Assembly (NCBI GenBank): GCA_963816355.1
Contig: CAWFKH010000001.1
Span: forward strand, 448,001 to 512,000
DNA: 64,000 bases
Direction of reading: 5' to 3'
DNA from: an uncultured Gemmatimonadales bacterium
GTDB lineage: Bacteria; Gemmatimonadota; Gemmatimonadetes; Longimicrobiales; RSA9
Shown piece by piece: positions 27,717 to 37,120 of this stretch (positions within the stretch are counted from its first letter, which is position 1; each line of letters opens with the position of its first letter). Both the position numbers and the translations under genes were made by a program. The notes below the pieces were generated by a model. The model did not search any database. It was given only the letters and a program-made list of their open reading frames with translations, and was not told the DNA's origin.

Positions 27717-28913
27717 GTGTCCGGCGAGGACGCGCTCCGGGCCGACGTCCTGCGGCACCTCCGCGCCGGCGCCGGCGCGGCTCCGGAGCCGGCCGCGTTC
27801 GCTGCGCTCGCGCTGCGGGCATTCGCCCACCAGTACGCCCGCAACGCGCCGTACCGCGCCTACTGCGACCGGCGTGGGCTCACCCCCGCCTCCGTCCGCG
27901 ACTGGCGCGACGCGCCGGCCGTGCCGACCGCAGCCTTCCGCGAGGTTCCTCTCGTGTGCGGAAGCGCCGCCGCCGCGCAGCGGGTCTTCCGCACCAGTGG
28001 CACGACGCGCGGCGCCGAGCGTCGCGGCGCACACCACGTCCGCGACCTCGCGCTCTACGACGCTTCGCTCGAGGCCGGCTTCCGCCACTTCGTCCTGCCC
28101 GACGGCGCCGAGCCGCGCATGCTCTCGCTGGTGCCGCCGCCCGAGGAGCTTCCGGACTCGTCGCTCGCCTACATGATCGGGCGCCTCGTCCCGCGCGGCG
28201 CTCTCCCGCCGGAGGGTACTTCGCGGGACGCTTCGGCCGGCGGCTTCTTCGCGTCCGTCCGCGAGGGCGTCCGCGCCCGCGCGCTCGCAGCGGCGCTGCG
28301 CCGCGCGGAGGAGGAGGGCGCGCCCGTGGCGCTGCTCGGCACCTCCCTCGCCTTCCTCGACTGGCTGGAGGCGCTGCCGGCCGACACGCGCTTTCGCCTG
28401 CCACCCGGCTCCCGCATCATGGACACCGGCGGCTACAAGGGCAGCGGCAGGAGCGTACCCGCCGCCACTCTGCGAGAGATCTACGCGACTCGCCTCGGCA
28501 TCCCGGCAAAGCTGTGCGTCAACGAGTACGGCATGACCGAGCTCTGCTCGCAGTTCTACGACACCGCCCTCCGCGACGCGCTCGTGGACGGCCCCGCCGC
28601 AGACGTCTCGAGCGACGGCGAGCGCGCCGGCGGGGCGGGCGGGGAGGCGCGCCGCAAGGCGGGGCCCTGGTGGATCCGGGCGCGCGTCATGGACCCGGAG
28701 ACGCTTGCTCCCTGCGCGCCCGGAGACGTGGGCATCCTGCAACACTTCGACCTCGCCAACCTGGAGTCGGTCTCCGCCGTCCAGACCGAGGACGTGGGAC
28801 GGGCGGTGCCGGGCGGCTTCGTCCTCCTCGGCCGCGCCGCCGGCGCGCCGCCCCGGGGCTGCTCGATCGCCATGGACGTGCTGCTGCGCGCCGTCCGCGA
28901 ACGCTCGCCGTGA
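27717..28913 (+). CDS. LuxE-like acyl-protein synthetase
   Basis: FRTSGTT, TGGYKG, NEYGMTELCSQ, QTEDVG and C-terminal RGCS motifs; GTG start. Confidence 0.85.
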   Translation: MSGEDALRADVLRHLRAGAGAAPEPAAFAALALRAFAHQYARNAPYRAYCDRRGLTPASVRDWRDAPAVPTAAFREVPLVCGSAAAAQRVFRTSGTTRGAERRGAHHVRDLALYDASLEAGFRHFVLPDGAEPRMLSLVPPPEELPDSSLAYMIGRLVPRGALPPEGTSRDASAGGFFASVREGVRARALAAALRRAEEEGAPVALLGTSLAFLDWLEALPADTRFRLPPGSRIMDTGGYKGSGRSVPAATLREIYATRLGIPAKLCVNEYGMTELCSQFYDTALRDALVDGPAADVSSDGERAGGAGGEARRKAGPWWIRARVMDPETLAPCAPGDVGILQHFDLANLESVSAVQTEDVGRAVPGGFVLLGRAAGAPPRGCSIAMDVLLRAVRERSP

Positions 28914-30337
28914 CCTTCGACGCGTTCCACCTCCCCGGCCTCGAGGAGGACGACGTCCACGCGTGGACGATGCGGCGGCTGGAGAACGGCGACGCGCTCC
29001 GCATCCCTCGGCTGCGGCCGGAGGCGGTGCGCCGCCTCGCGCGTCGCCTCGTCGAAGCCCGCGAAGCCGCCCTCGACGGGCGTCGCACGGACGACGTCGT
29101 CGCCGCGGTCGACGGCGCGGCCGAGCGCCTCGTGGCGGTGGACCGGCCGGAACGCGGCCTCGCGCTGCGGCTGCTGCCGGAGGTCGGGCGCGCCTCGCCC
29201 GAGATGACCGCTCGCGTCCTCGACCGCATGGCCGCCGATTGGCGCCGCCCCGCGCTCGAGCGACTGGTGCGCAGCGAGCTGCCGGACCCCGCCGTCCTCG
29301 ACGGCTTCAGGCCCGACCCGGAAGCCGGAGCCGCCAGCGGCCGCCGGTCCCGCGCCACGGGCGCGCCGCTCGCCTTCCACGTCTTCTCCGGCAACGTGCC
29401 GGGCGTCGCCGTCACGGCGATCGTCCGCTCCCTGCTCGTGCGCTCCGCCGTCCTCGGCAAGACCGCCTCCGACGACCCGGTGCTGCCCGTGCTCTTCGCC
29501 CGCGCGCTCGCGGCCCTCGACCCGCTGCTCGGCGCGTGCCTTGCCGTGACCCACTGGCCAGGCGGAACGCCCGACCTGGAAGCCGCCGCAGCGGCGGACG
29601 CAGAGACGATCGTCGTCTACGGCGGCAGCGAGGCGGTGGCGGCCGCGCGCGCCGTCGCAGCGCCGGGCGCCCGCGTCGTCGTGCACGGCCCCCGCGTCTC
29701 CCTCGCCATGATCGCGCGCGACGCCCTCGCCGCCGACACCGATCGGCTCGCCGCGGAGGCGGCCACGGCGGTCGCGCTGTTCGACCAGCGCGGCTGCGTG
29801 TCGCCCCACTGCATCTACGTCGAGGAGGGTCCCGGGCAGGCGGGCGCGGCCGCGGGTTTCGCCGAGCGGCTCGCGGTCCGGCTCGAGGGTCTCGCCGCGG
29901 AGCTGCCGCGCGGTCCCCTCGACGCGGCCGAAGCGAGTGCGATCCTTCAGTTCCGCGGCGCGGCGGAGTTCCGCGGCATCGCGGGAGGCGGCGACACACG
30001 CCTCCATGGAGGACCCCGCCTCGCCTACACCGTGGCCAGCGAGTCCGGCGCCGCCTTCGCGCCGTCGTGCCTCAACCGGACCGTCACGGTGAAGAGCGTC
30101 GCCAGCCTCGACGACGTCCCGGCGGCGCTCGAGCCGTATCGCGCCTTCCTGCAGGCCGTCGCCCTGGAGTGCCCCGACGCGCGACGCAGGGAGCACATCG
30201 CCACGCGTCTCGCCCGCACCGGCGTGCTGCGCGTCACCACCCTGCGCCGGCTGCCGTGGCCACCTCCCACCGCACACCATGACGGTGCACCCCCGCTTCG
30301 CGAGCTGCTGCGCTGGGTCGACATCGAGGAGGATTGA
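28910..30337 (+). CDS. LuxC-like acyl-CoA reductase
   Basis: HVFSGNVP, YGGSEAV, HGPRVS and FDQRGCVSPH motifs; GTGA overlap with the luxE-like gene. Confidence 0.85.
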   Translation: MTFDAFHLPGLEEDDVHAWTMRRLENGDALRIPRLRPEAVRRLARRLVEAREAALDGRRTDDVVAAVDGAAERLVAVDRPERGLALRLLPEVGRASPEMTARVLDRMAADWRRPALERLVRSELPDPAVLDGFRPDPEAGAASGRRSRATGAPLAFHVFSGNVPGVAVTAIVRSLLVRSAVLGKTASDDPVLPVLFARALAALDPLLGACLAVTHWPGGTPDLEAAAAADAETIVVYGGSEAVAAARAVAAPGARVVVHGPRVSLAMIARDALAADTDRLAAEAATAVALFDQRGCVSPHCIYVEEGPGQAGAAAGFAERLAVRLEGLAAELPRGPLDAAEASAILQFRGAAEFRGIAGGGDTRLHGGPRLAYTVASESGAAFAPSCLNRTVTVKSVASLDDVPAALEPYRAFLQAVALECPDARRREHIATRLARTGVLRVTTLRRLPWPPPTAHHDGAPPLRELLRWVDIEED

Positions 30338-30371
30338 AAAAAAACGGCCCCGGACATCGCGCCCGGGGCCG
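30337..30371 (-). terminator. Rho-independent terminator of the AbrB-like gene
   Basis: Stem CGGCCCCGG (30345-30353) / CCGGGGCCG (30363-30371) next to A8, which reads U8 on the minus strand. Confidence 0.8.
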
Positions 30372-30396
30372 CAAACCCGTTCCGCTCCGACTCCGC

Positions 30397-30597
30397 TCAG
30401 TCCTCCGGACCCTGCACCGTGTGCTCCGTCCGCCACAGCACGATCTGCCGCGTGCCGCTCGAGCTCTCCTCCACACGGACCGTCATCATGTCGCCGTCTT
30501 CCAGGCTCAGGTCGTCCCGGATCTCCTGCGGAATCGTGATCCGGCCCCCGACGCCCACCGTCACGTCGCCATAGTATAGCGTTCGATAGAGCGCCAT
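30397..30597 (-). CDS. AbrB/MazE/SpoVT-family DNA-binding protein
   Basis: VTVGVGGRITIPQEIRDDLSLEDGD motif; RBS AGGAGG. Confidence 0.85.
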   Translation of the reverse strand: MALYRTLYYGDVTVGVGGRITIPQEIRDDLSLEDGDMMTVRVEESSSGTRQIVLWRTEHTVQGPED

Positions 30598-30749
30598 TGC
30601 GCCTCCTGGTTCGGGTCGGCAGACTCGCGCGATCCTTCGCCTCGAACGGCCTCCAGCAAGCGTGCATTCTACTTTCCGCGACGGTCCGCGGCAAGTCGCA
30701 CCCGCGCATCGGTTCAGGAGCCGTGCCATTCCCGCAACGGCTGTAAACA

Positions 30750-30807
30750 TGTGGATAGAAGCGCGCGTTTATCCACAAGCCTGCTGGATTTACGGCGGTT
30801 ATCCACA
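30750..30807. promoter_or_regulatory. DnaA-box cluster
   Basis: TGTGGATAG at 30750-30758 (1 mismatch); perfect TTATCCACA at 30769-30777 and 30799-30807. Confidence 0.75.
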
Positions 30808-30822
30808 GCGCGCGGCGCGGCG

Positions 30823-30838
30823 GGGTATGGGCCTTGCA
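30823..30838 (+). promoter_or_regulatory. Candidate sigma-54 -24/-12 promoter
   Basis: GGGTATG-GGCC-TTGCA with GG-N10-GC spacing, 46 nt upstream of the SLT start. Confidence 0.4.
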
Positions 30839-30883
30839 GATCCGGCCGCCGCCCGGATGCCCTTGATGAAGGAGGGCCGAGTG

Positions 30884-31624
30884 ATGAGGTGCGGACGAGA
30901 CGGAATCAAGAGAGCGACGCGGCTCCCCGGATCGGGGTGGTGGCGGGGCAGGTCGCTGGTCGGCTCGACGGCGATAGTGGTGGTGGGGGTGCTCGGCGTC
31001 GCGTGGGCGTGGCCGGAGACGGCGGCGGGACGCGGGGTGGAGGGGAGCGGTGTGGGGGTGGCGGAGGGGAGTGGGGTGGTGGCGGAGGCCGGAAGTGGGG
31101 CGGATCTCGATGTGCTGCTGGCGCGGGCGGCGGCGGCGTCTCGTGGCTGGGATCGGGCGGCGGCGTACGTGGAGGCGCAGGTAGCGCCGATCGAGCGGGT
31201 GCTGCTGCGTTACAGGGACGACCCGGCGCTGGCGCGGCGGATCGCGGTGGCGGTGGTGCGGGAAGCGAACCGGGCCGGACTGGAGCCGCGGGTGCTGCTC
31301 GCGGTGCTGCTGGTGGAGGACCCGGAGCTGAAGCCGTCGGCGCGCAGCACGGTGGGCGCGGTGGGTCTGATGCAGGTGATGCCGCTGCACCGCGGGAAGT
31401 GGCCGGCGTGCAGCGGATCGCTGGAGGACGTGGACGCGAACATCTGTTACGGCGCCCAGATCTTCGCGGCGGAGTACCGGCGGACCGGGGACCCGGACCG
31501 GGCATTGCTCGCGTACAACGGTTGTGTGAAGGGAGTCAACACGCCGGACTGCCACGGATACCCGACGCAGGTGTACGCGCGGGCGGGGCGAGCGAGCGTG
31601 CTGGCGTGGTTGAAGGGGCCGTGA
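30884..31624 (+). CDS. SLT-domain lytic transglycosylase
   Basis: N-terminal TM; AVLLVED (catalytic Glu), GAVGLMQVMP and LLAYNG motifs; RBS AAGGAGG. Confidence 0.88.
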   Translation: MRCGRDGIKRATRLPGSGWWRGRSLVGSTAIVVVGVLGVAWAWPETAAGRGVEGSGVGVAEGSGVVAEAGSGADLDVLLARAAAASRGWDRAAAYVEAQVAPIERVLLRYRDDPALARRIAVAVVREANRAGLEPRVLLAVLLVEDPELKPSARSTVGAVGLMQVMPLHRGKWPACSGSLEDVDANICYGAQIFAAEYRRTGDPDRALLAYNGCVKGVNTPDCHGYPTQVYARAGRASVLAWLKGP

Positions 31625-31633
31625 TGCGGCGCG

Positions 31634-31903
31634 CTACGGGATGCAGGAGCGGAGCAGGCCGAGGAGGTGGTGCTCGCGGAGATCGCGGGCGCGGGCGACG
31701 GCCTGTTCGGCGCTCGGCTCGATGAAGATCTGAGCGGTGCGGATCGGGGCCTCGCCCTCCGCGGGATCGCCGGGGGAGAAGGCGAGGCGGCCGCGGGCAG
31801 GGTCGCCGGGCAGGCGCTGTTCTTCCAGCTCCAGGTAGACGTCCCAGAAGCGGCCCTCGTGCGTGAGGGTGGCTAGATGGTGTGTTCTCGGCCCCGCGGT
31901 CAT
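31634..31903 (-). CDS. Small hypothetical protein
   Basis: Protein-like 89-aa ORF (HEGRFWDVYLE) with GGAACGGGG upstream. Confidence 0.65.
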   Translation of the reverse strand: MTAGPRTHHLATLTHEGRFWDVYLELEEQRLPGDPARGRLAFSPGDPAEGEAPIRTAQIFIEPSAEQAVARARDLREHHLLGLLRSCIP

Positions 31904-31929
31904 TCCCCGTTCCGCCTCGCTTCCTCGAT

Positions 31930-32307
31930 TCAGGTACGCACGCCCTCCGGCACCGGTGCGTCGGCGAACGCGGGGGCGGGAGAAGCGCCGGGCCGCACCT
32001 CCCGCCGGCGGTGCTCGACCTCGGCCCGGATCAGGGCGAGGGCGCGCTCCGTGGTGAAGCGCTCGGCATCCCAGCAGCGGGTGAAAGCGTTGCCCCGGCG
32101 GCCTTTGCGGTCACAGTCGACCGACGCCGGTGCGCCGCGGCGGTAGCTGAGCACGCAGCCATCCCAGGTACCACGTTTCACCGCGCCGCGTTCGAGGTCA
32201 AGGGAGAGCTGGACGAGGCCGTCGTGCGCGAACTCGCGCAGCTCGGCGGCGAGCTCCGCTTCGGCGTCCCCGATACGCGCGCTGGAAATGAAGGAGAAGG
32301 GCCACAT
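31930..32307 (-). CDS. Hypothetical protein
   Basis: Strong RBS AGGAGGT before ATG 32307; contains GTWDGCVLSY and NAFTRCWD. Confidence 0.65.
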   Translation of the reverse strand: MWPFSFISSARIGDAEAELAAELREFAHDGLVQLSLDLERGAVKRGTWDGCVLSYRRGAPASVDCDRKGRRGNAFTRCWDAERFTTERALALIRAEVEHRRREVRPGASPAPAFADAPVPEGVRT

Positions 32308-32611
32308 ACAACCTCCTGCGTGGGATGGTCCGGTGGGATCGGCCGCTGCGGCGCGGGAACCCGGTGGGGAAAAGACGCGAGGGAGCCCCGTGAGATGCGC
32401 ATCCATCACGGGACTCCCTCGTTGGGCGCTAGATCGGGCGGGGCTGGCGACGCGAGGCGTGCGGCACTCCAGCACTCGGCGATCCGACGCCGATTCCGTC
32501 CACGAAGGCTCGGAAGCGGCTCGTAGCCGCGCCTCAACTTAGAAGGGCGGTCGCGGGCGGGTCAAGATCGGAGTCGGTCGGGTGGTCTCGCGCGCGGCGT
32601 CGGGCCGACCG

Positions 32612-34078
32612 TCACGCCGTCGCAGGGACCGAGGCCGGGCTCCCCGCGGGCAGGTCGATGCGGAAGGTGGTGCCGTGATCGACCTCGCTGACGACGGTGA
32701 GGTCGCCGCCGTGGGCCTCGGCGACCTGTTTCGCGATGGCGAGGCCGAGGCCGGAGCCGCGGCTGCGCGCCTCCGACCCCACCTGGTAGAACTTGTCGAA
32801 GATGAAGGGCAGGTCCTGGCGCGGAATGCCGCGGCCGGTGTCGCTGACCTCGATGCGCACGCCGCCATCCGCGTGCGGCGTGGTGTGGACGCGGATCTCA
32901 CCCCCTTCCGGCGTGAACTTGAACGCGTTCGAGATCAGGTTGCCGAGCAGCTCGTTGCGCAGGCGATCGGGGTCGGCCACGATCGACGCGGGCGCGCCGT
33001 CGTCGATGTCGGCGGAGAAGTGGATCCGCTTCTGCTCGGCGAGCGGCTCGAAGGTGCGCCGCACGATCGCCATCAGCTCCGCGAGCGCGACCTCCGCCGC
33101 GTGCAGCTTGAAGCCGCCGGCCTCGATGCGGCTCACGTCCAGGAGCTGGTTGACCTGACGCGTCAGGGAGTCGACCTGCTCGGTGACGCGATCGAGCACT
33201 TCGCGCTGCTCGTCGGTGATGGCGCCGTACATCCCGTCCTCCATCAGCTCGACGTAGCCGCCGATGACGTTGATCGGCGTCTTGAGCTCGTGGCTGGCGA
33301 CGCTGACGAACTCGGCCTTCAGCCGGTCGAGCTCCGCGAGCTGCTCGGCCATCACGCGGAAGGAGCGCGACAGGTCGCCGATCTCGTCCTCGCGCTCGTA
33401 CGGCAGGTCGCGCGGCACCATGAACTGGCCGCCCGCCACCTCGCTCGTCGCCTTGGCGAGCCGCTTCAGCGGGACCGACACGGCGCGCGTCGTCCACGTC
33501 ACGATCAGCAGCGAGAGCAGGAACGCGAGCGCGGCGACGAGGAGCGTGGCGCTCGCCGCGCTCTCGCTGATCCGCATGGCCTCGGAGACCTCGCGGGCGC
33601 TGCGCACGTCGATCGAGTCGGCGACCGGCACGAGCGTGCGCTGGGTACGCTTCATGAGCTCGCTGATCGGCTCGATCTCGTCCGTGGCGCGCGTCATCGC
33701 TCCGGACTGCACCAGGCTCTCGATGCGCTGGATCGAGGCGTCGAGCGAATCGAGCCGCAGCGCGGTGGGCTGCACCACGCGCCGGTAGCCGGTCTCGGCG
33801 ATGTGGCCGAGCTTGGCGCGCGCGCTGTCGCTGGCCGTGTTCATGCCGAGGCGGGAGCGGTCTCCCGGAACCGCGACGTAGGAGCGGACGAAGCGGTCGA
33901 TGTCGGCCAGCGCCGCCTGCAGCTCGCCCAGCGCCTCGAGCGCGACGGCGTGGTGGGCGCGCTGCTCCAACGCTATGTTGCGAAGTTCGGTCAGCCGGCT
34001 CACCGCGAAGAGGGCCGGGCCGACCGCCAGGAGCGTGATGCCCCCGAACGTCGCGAAGAGACGCTTGCCGAGAGTCAT
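32612..34078 (-). CDS. Membrane sensor histidine kinase (periplasmic helical domain, HAMP, HisKA, HATPase)
   Basis: Two TM segments; EDEIGDLSRSF, ASHELKTP, NAFKFT, DTGRGI and GSGLGL motifs. Confidence 0.92.
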   Translation of the reverse strand: MTLGKRLFATFGGITLLAVGPALFAVSRLTELRNIALEQRAHHAVALEALGELQAALADIDRFVRSYVAVPGDRSRLGMNTASDSARAKLGHIAETGYRRVVQPTALRLDSLDASIQRIESLVQSGAMTRATDEIEPISELMKRTQRTLVPVADSIDVRSAREVSEAMRISESAASATLLVAALAFLLSLLIVTWTTRAVSVPLKRLAKATSEVAGGQFMVPRDLPYEREDEIGDLSRSFRVMAEQLAELDRLKAEFVSVASHELKTPINVIGGYVELMEDGMYGAITDEQREVLDRVTEQVDSLTRQVNQLLDVSRIEAGGFKLHAAEVALAELMAIVRRTFEPLAEQKRIHFSADIDDGAPASIVADPDRLRNELLGNLISNAFKFTPEGGEIRVHTTPHADGGVRIEVSDTGRGIPRQDLPFIFDKFYQVGSEARSRGSGLGLAIAKQVAEAHGGDLTVVSEVDHGTTFRIDLPAGSPASVPATA

Positions 34079-34105
34079 CGAGGCTGTCGCGCGTGCGTTT
34101 TCATC

Positions 34106-34157
34106 GGGCGCCCGGCTTGCAGGGGGCGTGCCGCGCGATGACGGCGCGCGGTATGCA
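34106..34157 (+). promoter_or_regulatory. Two candidate sigma-54 elements upstream of the gvp operon
   Basis: GGGCGCC-CGGC-TTGCA (34106-34121) and CGGCGCG-CGGT-ATGCA (34142-34157), both with GG-N10-GC spacing. Confidence 0.35.
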
Positions 34158-34238
34158 TCCGCGCCTGCATCGTGCAATCTGCAGCCGGCGAGCGCCAGAG
34201 AGAGATCCGTCCGCACCTCGCACATTCCGGGAGAGAAG

Positions 34239-35087
34239 ATGATCGCAGACGGTCAGCAGGCTTCCTTGCGCGGCGCCGATACGAGCGCCGTCGAGCGCGA
34301 GGCGGAGGGCGGCGACGCCGCTCCCTCGGGCGAAGGCAAGTACGTCTACTGCATCATCCGCACGCGCGAGGAGAAGGACTTCGGCCCGATCGGCATCGGC
34401 GAGGGGGACAGCCGCGTGTACACGGTGAGCCACGATCAGCTCGCGGCGGTGGTGAGCGACACGCCGATCCGGATCTACGACCCCACGCGCGAGAACGTGC
34501 TCGCGCACGAGCTGGTCAACGAGACGGTGATGCGCGAGCACACCGTGATCCCAATGTCGTTCGGCACGATCTTCCGCACCGAGCACGACATCGTCGAGCT
34601 GCTCAAGTCGACGTACCGCGCGCTGGACGACGTGCTGGAGAAGATGCGCGACCGCATCGAGTTCGGCCTGAAGGTGCTGTGGGACCGCGACAAGGTGGTC
34701 GCGCGGCTGGAGCGGGACGACGACGAGATCCGGCGCCTCAAGGAGGAGATCAACCGCAACGCGCAGAGCTCGACGTACTTCGCGCGCGTGCAGCTCGGGC
34801 GGCTCGTCGAGAGCGCGCTGGAGGCGGCGGCGAACGCCTACATCGCCGACATCCACGACTCGCTGCGCAGCGTGGCGGTGGCGAGCAGGACGAACAAGCC
34901 GATCGGCGACCGCATGATCATGAACGCCGCCTACCTCGTCGACCGCTCGCGGGAGGAGGAGCTCGATGAAGCGGTGCGCGCGTTGAGCCGCAAGTACGAG
35001 GACGCCCTCTCGTTCAAGTACACGGGGCCGTGGCCGCCGTACAATTTCGTCAACATCCGGCTGCGTCTCGAGCGCGTCGAGGACTAG
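34239..35087 (+). CDS. gvpF: Gas vesicle protein, GvpF/GvpL family
   Basis: GKYVYCII, VIPMSFGT and TGPWPPYNFV motifs. Confidence 0.9.
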   Translation: MIADGQQASLRGADTSAVEREAEGGDAAPSGEGKYVYCIIRTREEKDFGPIGIGEGDSRVYTVSHDQLAAVVSDTPIRIYDPTRENVLAHELVNETVMREHTVIPMSFGTIFRTEHDIVELLKSTYRALDDVLEKMRDRIEFGLKVLWDRDKVVARLERDDDEIRRLKEEINRNAQSSTYFARVQLGRLVESALEAAANAYIADIHDSLRSVAVASRTNKPIGDRMIMNAAYLVDRSREEELDEAVRALSRKYEDALSFKYTGPWPPYNFVNIRLRLERVED

Positions 35088-35088
35088 C

Positions 35089-35403
35089 TTGGGCCTGCTC
35101 AAACACCTCCTCTTCTGGCCGGTCACGGGGCCGCTCTTCCTCACCGACTTCTCCCTCGACCGCGTGCAGGGCGTCGTGCGCCAGGAGCTGACCGACGACG
35201 AGCCGGTGAAGGCGGAGCTCATGGAGCTCCAGATGCAGCTCGAGCTCGGCGACATCGACGAGGCGGAGTACGACGCGCGCGAGCGCGACCTGATGCGCCG
35301 CCTGCGCGAAGTCCGCGAGTGGCGCCAGCGCTTCGGCATGAGCGTCTCCGGGGGGACGGTGCGAGTGGCGCGCGAGCCGGAGGCCGACGACGGCGCCGGA
35401 TGA
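35089..35403 (+). CDS. gvpG: Gas vesicle protein GvpG
   Basis: LLFWPVTGP...LELGDIDEAEYDARERDLMRRL; TTG start 1 nt after the gvpF stop. Confidence 0.85.
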   Translation: MGLLKHLLFWPVTGPLFLTDFSLDRVQGVVRQELTDDEPVKAELMELQMQLELGDIDEAEYDARERDLMRRLREVREWRQRFGMSVSGGTVRVAREPEADDGAG

Positions 35404-37120
35404 GCCCGCGCTCCTGGCGCGCGCCGGTGAGCACCGCTGGATCTTCGTCGTGGGCGCCGGCGGCGTGGGCAAGACGACGACGGCGGCCGCGCTCGCCGTG
35501 GCGAGCGCGGATGCCGGCCGTTCGACGCACCTCCTCTCGATCGATCCGGCGCACTCGATCGGCGACGCCTTCGGCGCACCCGTCGGCGCGGTACCGGCGC
35601 CCTCGCCGTGCGGCGGCCGACTGCGGCTGGAGGAATTCGACGCGGCGGCGGCGGCGCGCGCCTGGCGCGCCGAGAACGCGCCGGCGGTGCGTGAGCTGCT
35701 CGACCGCGGCACCTACCTCGCCACCGAGGACGCCGGGCGCCTGAGCGAGATGGCGCCGCCCGCGCTGGAAGAGGCGATGGCGCTGCTGCGGCTCGCGGCG
35801 CTCGACGCCGACGGCGCGCAGCGGATCGTCGTCGACACGCCGCCCGCCGGACACACGCTGCGGCTGTTCGACGCCACCCGCGCGATCGCGGCGTGGGTCG
35901 CCGTCCTGGAGGCGGCGGGGGCGAAGGGCGATGCCGTGGCGACGGGACTGACCGGTTCCGGGCGGCGCTCGGCGGCGGGCGAGGTGGCCACGCGGCTGGC
36001 GCGTGATCTCGCGACGGCGCGGCGCGTCCTCGGCGACGCAGCGTTCGTCCTTGTCACGCGCGAGGAGCCGGTGGTGGGGGAGGCGACGGAGCGGCTGCGG
36101 GCGGCGCTCGCCGCGCGCGGCTGCGCGCCGCCGGTCGTGGTGGCGGTGGGCGGCGGTGGCGCGGACGGCGGCACCATCCGTCTGCCACGGGTCGCGCCGC
36201 CGGTGGGATGCGACGCGCTGCGGCGGCTGCTCCGCGACGCGGCCGCCCCGGAGGCAGGCGAACGGCGCGCCGCGGCCGGGCCGCCGGGCGCGGCGGACGA
36301 CGCCGTCGGAGCGCTGCTGGCGTCCCGCCGCATGGTGTTCTTCGCCGGCAAGGGAGGGGTGGGCCGGAGCACGTGCGCGGCCGCGGCCGCGATGGCGCTC
36401 GCGCGGCGCGGCGGCGTCACGCTTGCGGCGATGGGTGCCGCGCCCTCGCTGACGGCGCCGGGGGTGCGCGTCGTGGATCTCGCGGCGGGCGAAGGGGAGG
36501 AGGACGCGACGGCGCTGCGGGAGCGGCTGTCGGAGGCGGCGGACCGCGCCATCACCGGCACCCTCGGCGAGTCCGCGCTGCTGGACAGGCGGGTGGCCGC
36601 GGCGCTGTTGGAGGCCGGTGCGCCGGCCGTCGAAGAGATCATGGCGGCGGGGCGGCTGGCGTCTTTGAAGGGACGGGTGGTCGTGGACGGCGCGGCGACG
36701 GCGGAGTTCGCGCGATTGCTCGACATGCCGGACGTGGGCCTGGAGTGGCTCCGCTTGCTCGTGCGCCTGGCGGCGCGCTACGGTGGTGCCGCCGCGACGA
36801 TCGAGCGGGACCTGCTTCCCGCCGCGCGACGCCTGCGGGCGCTGCGGGAGGAGTTGCGCGGCGACGGTGCGGGCGTCGTCGTCGTCACGCTCGACGAGGA
36901 TCTGGTGCGGTCGGAGAGCGAGCGGCTGGCGGCCTCGCTGGCGTCGCGAGGGATCGCGGTGCTCGCCGTGCTCGTCAACCGGGTTCGCGACACGGCGTCG
37001 ATCGGTGCGGAGGCGTGGGCGGGGTCGCCACCGGTGGTGGCGGCTCCGGAGATGTCGCCGCTGCCGGGCGGCGCGCGCGGACTCGACGAATTCTTCCAGC
37101 GGTGGCGGATGGTGCGATGA
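35400..37120 (+). CDS. Tandem ArsA/GET3-like ATPase (5' end apparently frameshifted, or CTG start at 35414)
   Basis: GAGGVGKTT, SIDPAHS and VDTPPAGH motifs; second P-loop GKGGVGRST. Confidence 0.75.

Noticed and set aside
27717..30337. Bioluminescence operon
   Set aside because: No luxA, luxB, luxD or luxG in the window.
30397..30597. Toxin-antitoxin module
   Set aside because: The AbrB-like gene is followed directly by a terminator, with no toxin ORF.
35450..37120. Arsenic-resistance ArsA
   Set aside because: No arsB, acr3, arsC, arsR or arsD nearby; embedded in the gvp operon; degenerate motifs.
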